Assembly: GCA_030745835.1 (NCBI GenBank)
Contig: JASLNU010000113.1
Location: 1,361-65,360 of the forward strand
DNA: 64,000 nt
Source of the DNA: Rhodospirillales bacterium
GTDB taxonomy: Bacteria > Pseudomonadota > Alphaproteobacteria > Rhodospirillales > UBA2165
Reading direction: 5' to 3'
Part shown: in pieces, positions 63,431 through 64,000 of the stretch
Numbering within the stretch: position 1 is the first letter of the stretch
How the letters are laid out: every line of letters starts with the position of its first letter
The notes under the pieces: model-generated
The model's input: the letters and a program-made list of their open reading frames with translations, nothing else
Told to the model about the DNA's origin: nothing
Database searches by the model: none
Made by a program: the position numbers and the translations under genes

Positions 63431-64000
63431 CTACTTGAACTTTGGTCGGGCGTCCCCGCGATGTTCCTCGGGATGAACAATCACCTTTTCACCACCACGC
63501 CACTGAATGATGAGCGGGCGGTGCTTGATCGGCACACCGAAACGGTCAACGCGGAACCGACCGATGGCGGTGTGGTGGTCGAGGTCATAAAGCGCTTGCC
63601 TCACCTTGTCGCGACTGAGGCCTCCGGCATTCTTGATCGCTGCTTCCAGGATCTGCCCCGCGGCATAGGCGTTGGCGGCATGATACGAAGGCGAACTACC
63701 ATATGCGCGCTCAAAGTCTTCAATCAATCGCCGGGATCCTGGAAATTCCAGTTTCTTATTCGGCTCCCAAAGTGACGGAGCGAAGGTATGATTGGCGTCC
63801 GACCCCAACATATCGCCGTATTTTTGAAGCGTCGGCCCGATCGTCGCGAAATAAGCCCGCGGATGCCATTGGATCGACTTCAAGGCGCGGCGCATGTCGA
63901 CCGATTCGTTGAAATGGCCAGCGACGATAAGCAGATCGGCTTTTGCTTCTTTTGCCACGGAAGCCAAATGCGTGAGGTCTTGCGTCCCCTTTTTGAATCG
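63431..64000 (-). CDS. ABC transporter substrate-binding protein, Leu/Ile/Val-binding (Peripla_BP_6-like), C-terminal fragment
   Basis: Frame is open to the window edge. ...ADLLIVAGHFNESV...YHAANAYAAGQILEAAIKNAGGLSRDKVRQAL...GRFRVDRFG is typical of the C-terminal lobe of LivK-type binding proteins. Confidence 0.7.
   Translation of the reverse strand, partial: RFKKGTQDLTHLASVAKEAKADLLIVAGHFNESVDMRRALKSIQWHPRAYFATIGPTLQKYGDMLGSDANHTFAPSLWEPNKKLEFPGSRRLIEDFERAYGSSPSYHAANAYAAGQILEAAIKNAGGLSRDKVRQALYDLDHHTAIGRFRVDRFGVPIKHRPLIIQWRGGEKVIVHPEEHRGDARPKFK

Overview
High-GC chromosomal segment, probably alphaproteobacterial (the synteny glyS-ppdK and hisG-hisD-UPF0262-LMW phosphatase-infA-maf-rng-yacG is typical; Rhodospirillales-like is my guess). 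Layout: housekeeping genes (1-6.5 kb); a translationally coupled five-glycosyltransferase plus asnB-like operon (6.6-13.2 kb); a CoA-transferase and an orphan Mo-hydroxylase; the his/infA/maf block (17-22 kb); a 13-kb gene (24550-37575) for a 4341-aa RTX/T1SS giant adhesin; a sensor/protease module beside it (37.7-42.3 kb); an accessory metabolic stretch (M24-fold protein, short PEP-utilising protein, two CMD/AhpD-like genes, DMT transporter, DUF411, LeuA/HMGL-family enzyme, SDR, Tm-1-like UPF0261 pair, flavoprotein, GntR plus four-ORF xanthine-dehydrogenase-family operon); and a lower-GC islet with an RsbU/RsbW-like pair. The main candidate system is a Lap-like adhesin-release module. The adhesin has a LapA-type retention region and a TAAG site, and a BTLCP (LapG-like) protease gene sits beside it. 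The expected LapD (GGDEF-EAL) receptor is replaced by a two-TM periplasmic-sensor/PAS protein with a catalytically dead HD-GYP domain, translationally coupled to a TPR/ATP-grasp protein. Near-identical CRP-type palindromes lie upstream of the adhesin and protease genes. Other points: a CMD-family gene with an in-frame TGA in a C-x-x-TGA context followed by a hairpin (selenocysteine candidate, or a pseudogene); an rng gene with an in-frame TAA; a 265-bp MITE with 35-bp inverted ends that supplies the DMT start codon; and a REP-like 48-nt element found twice. No rRNA, tRNA or CRISPR was found. All calls come from reading the sequence and ORF translations; no searches were run.
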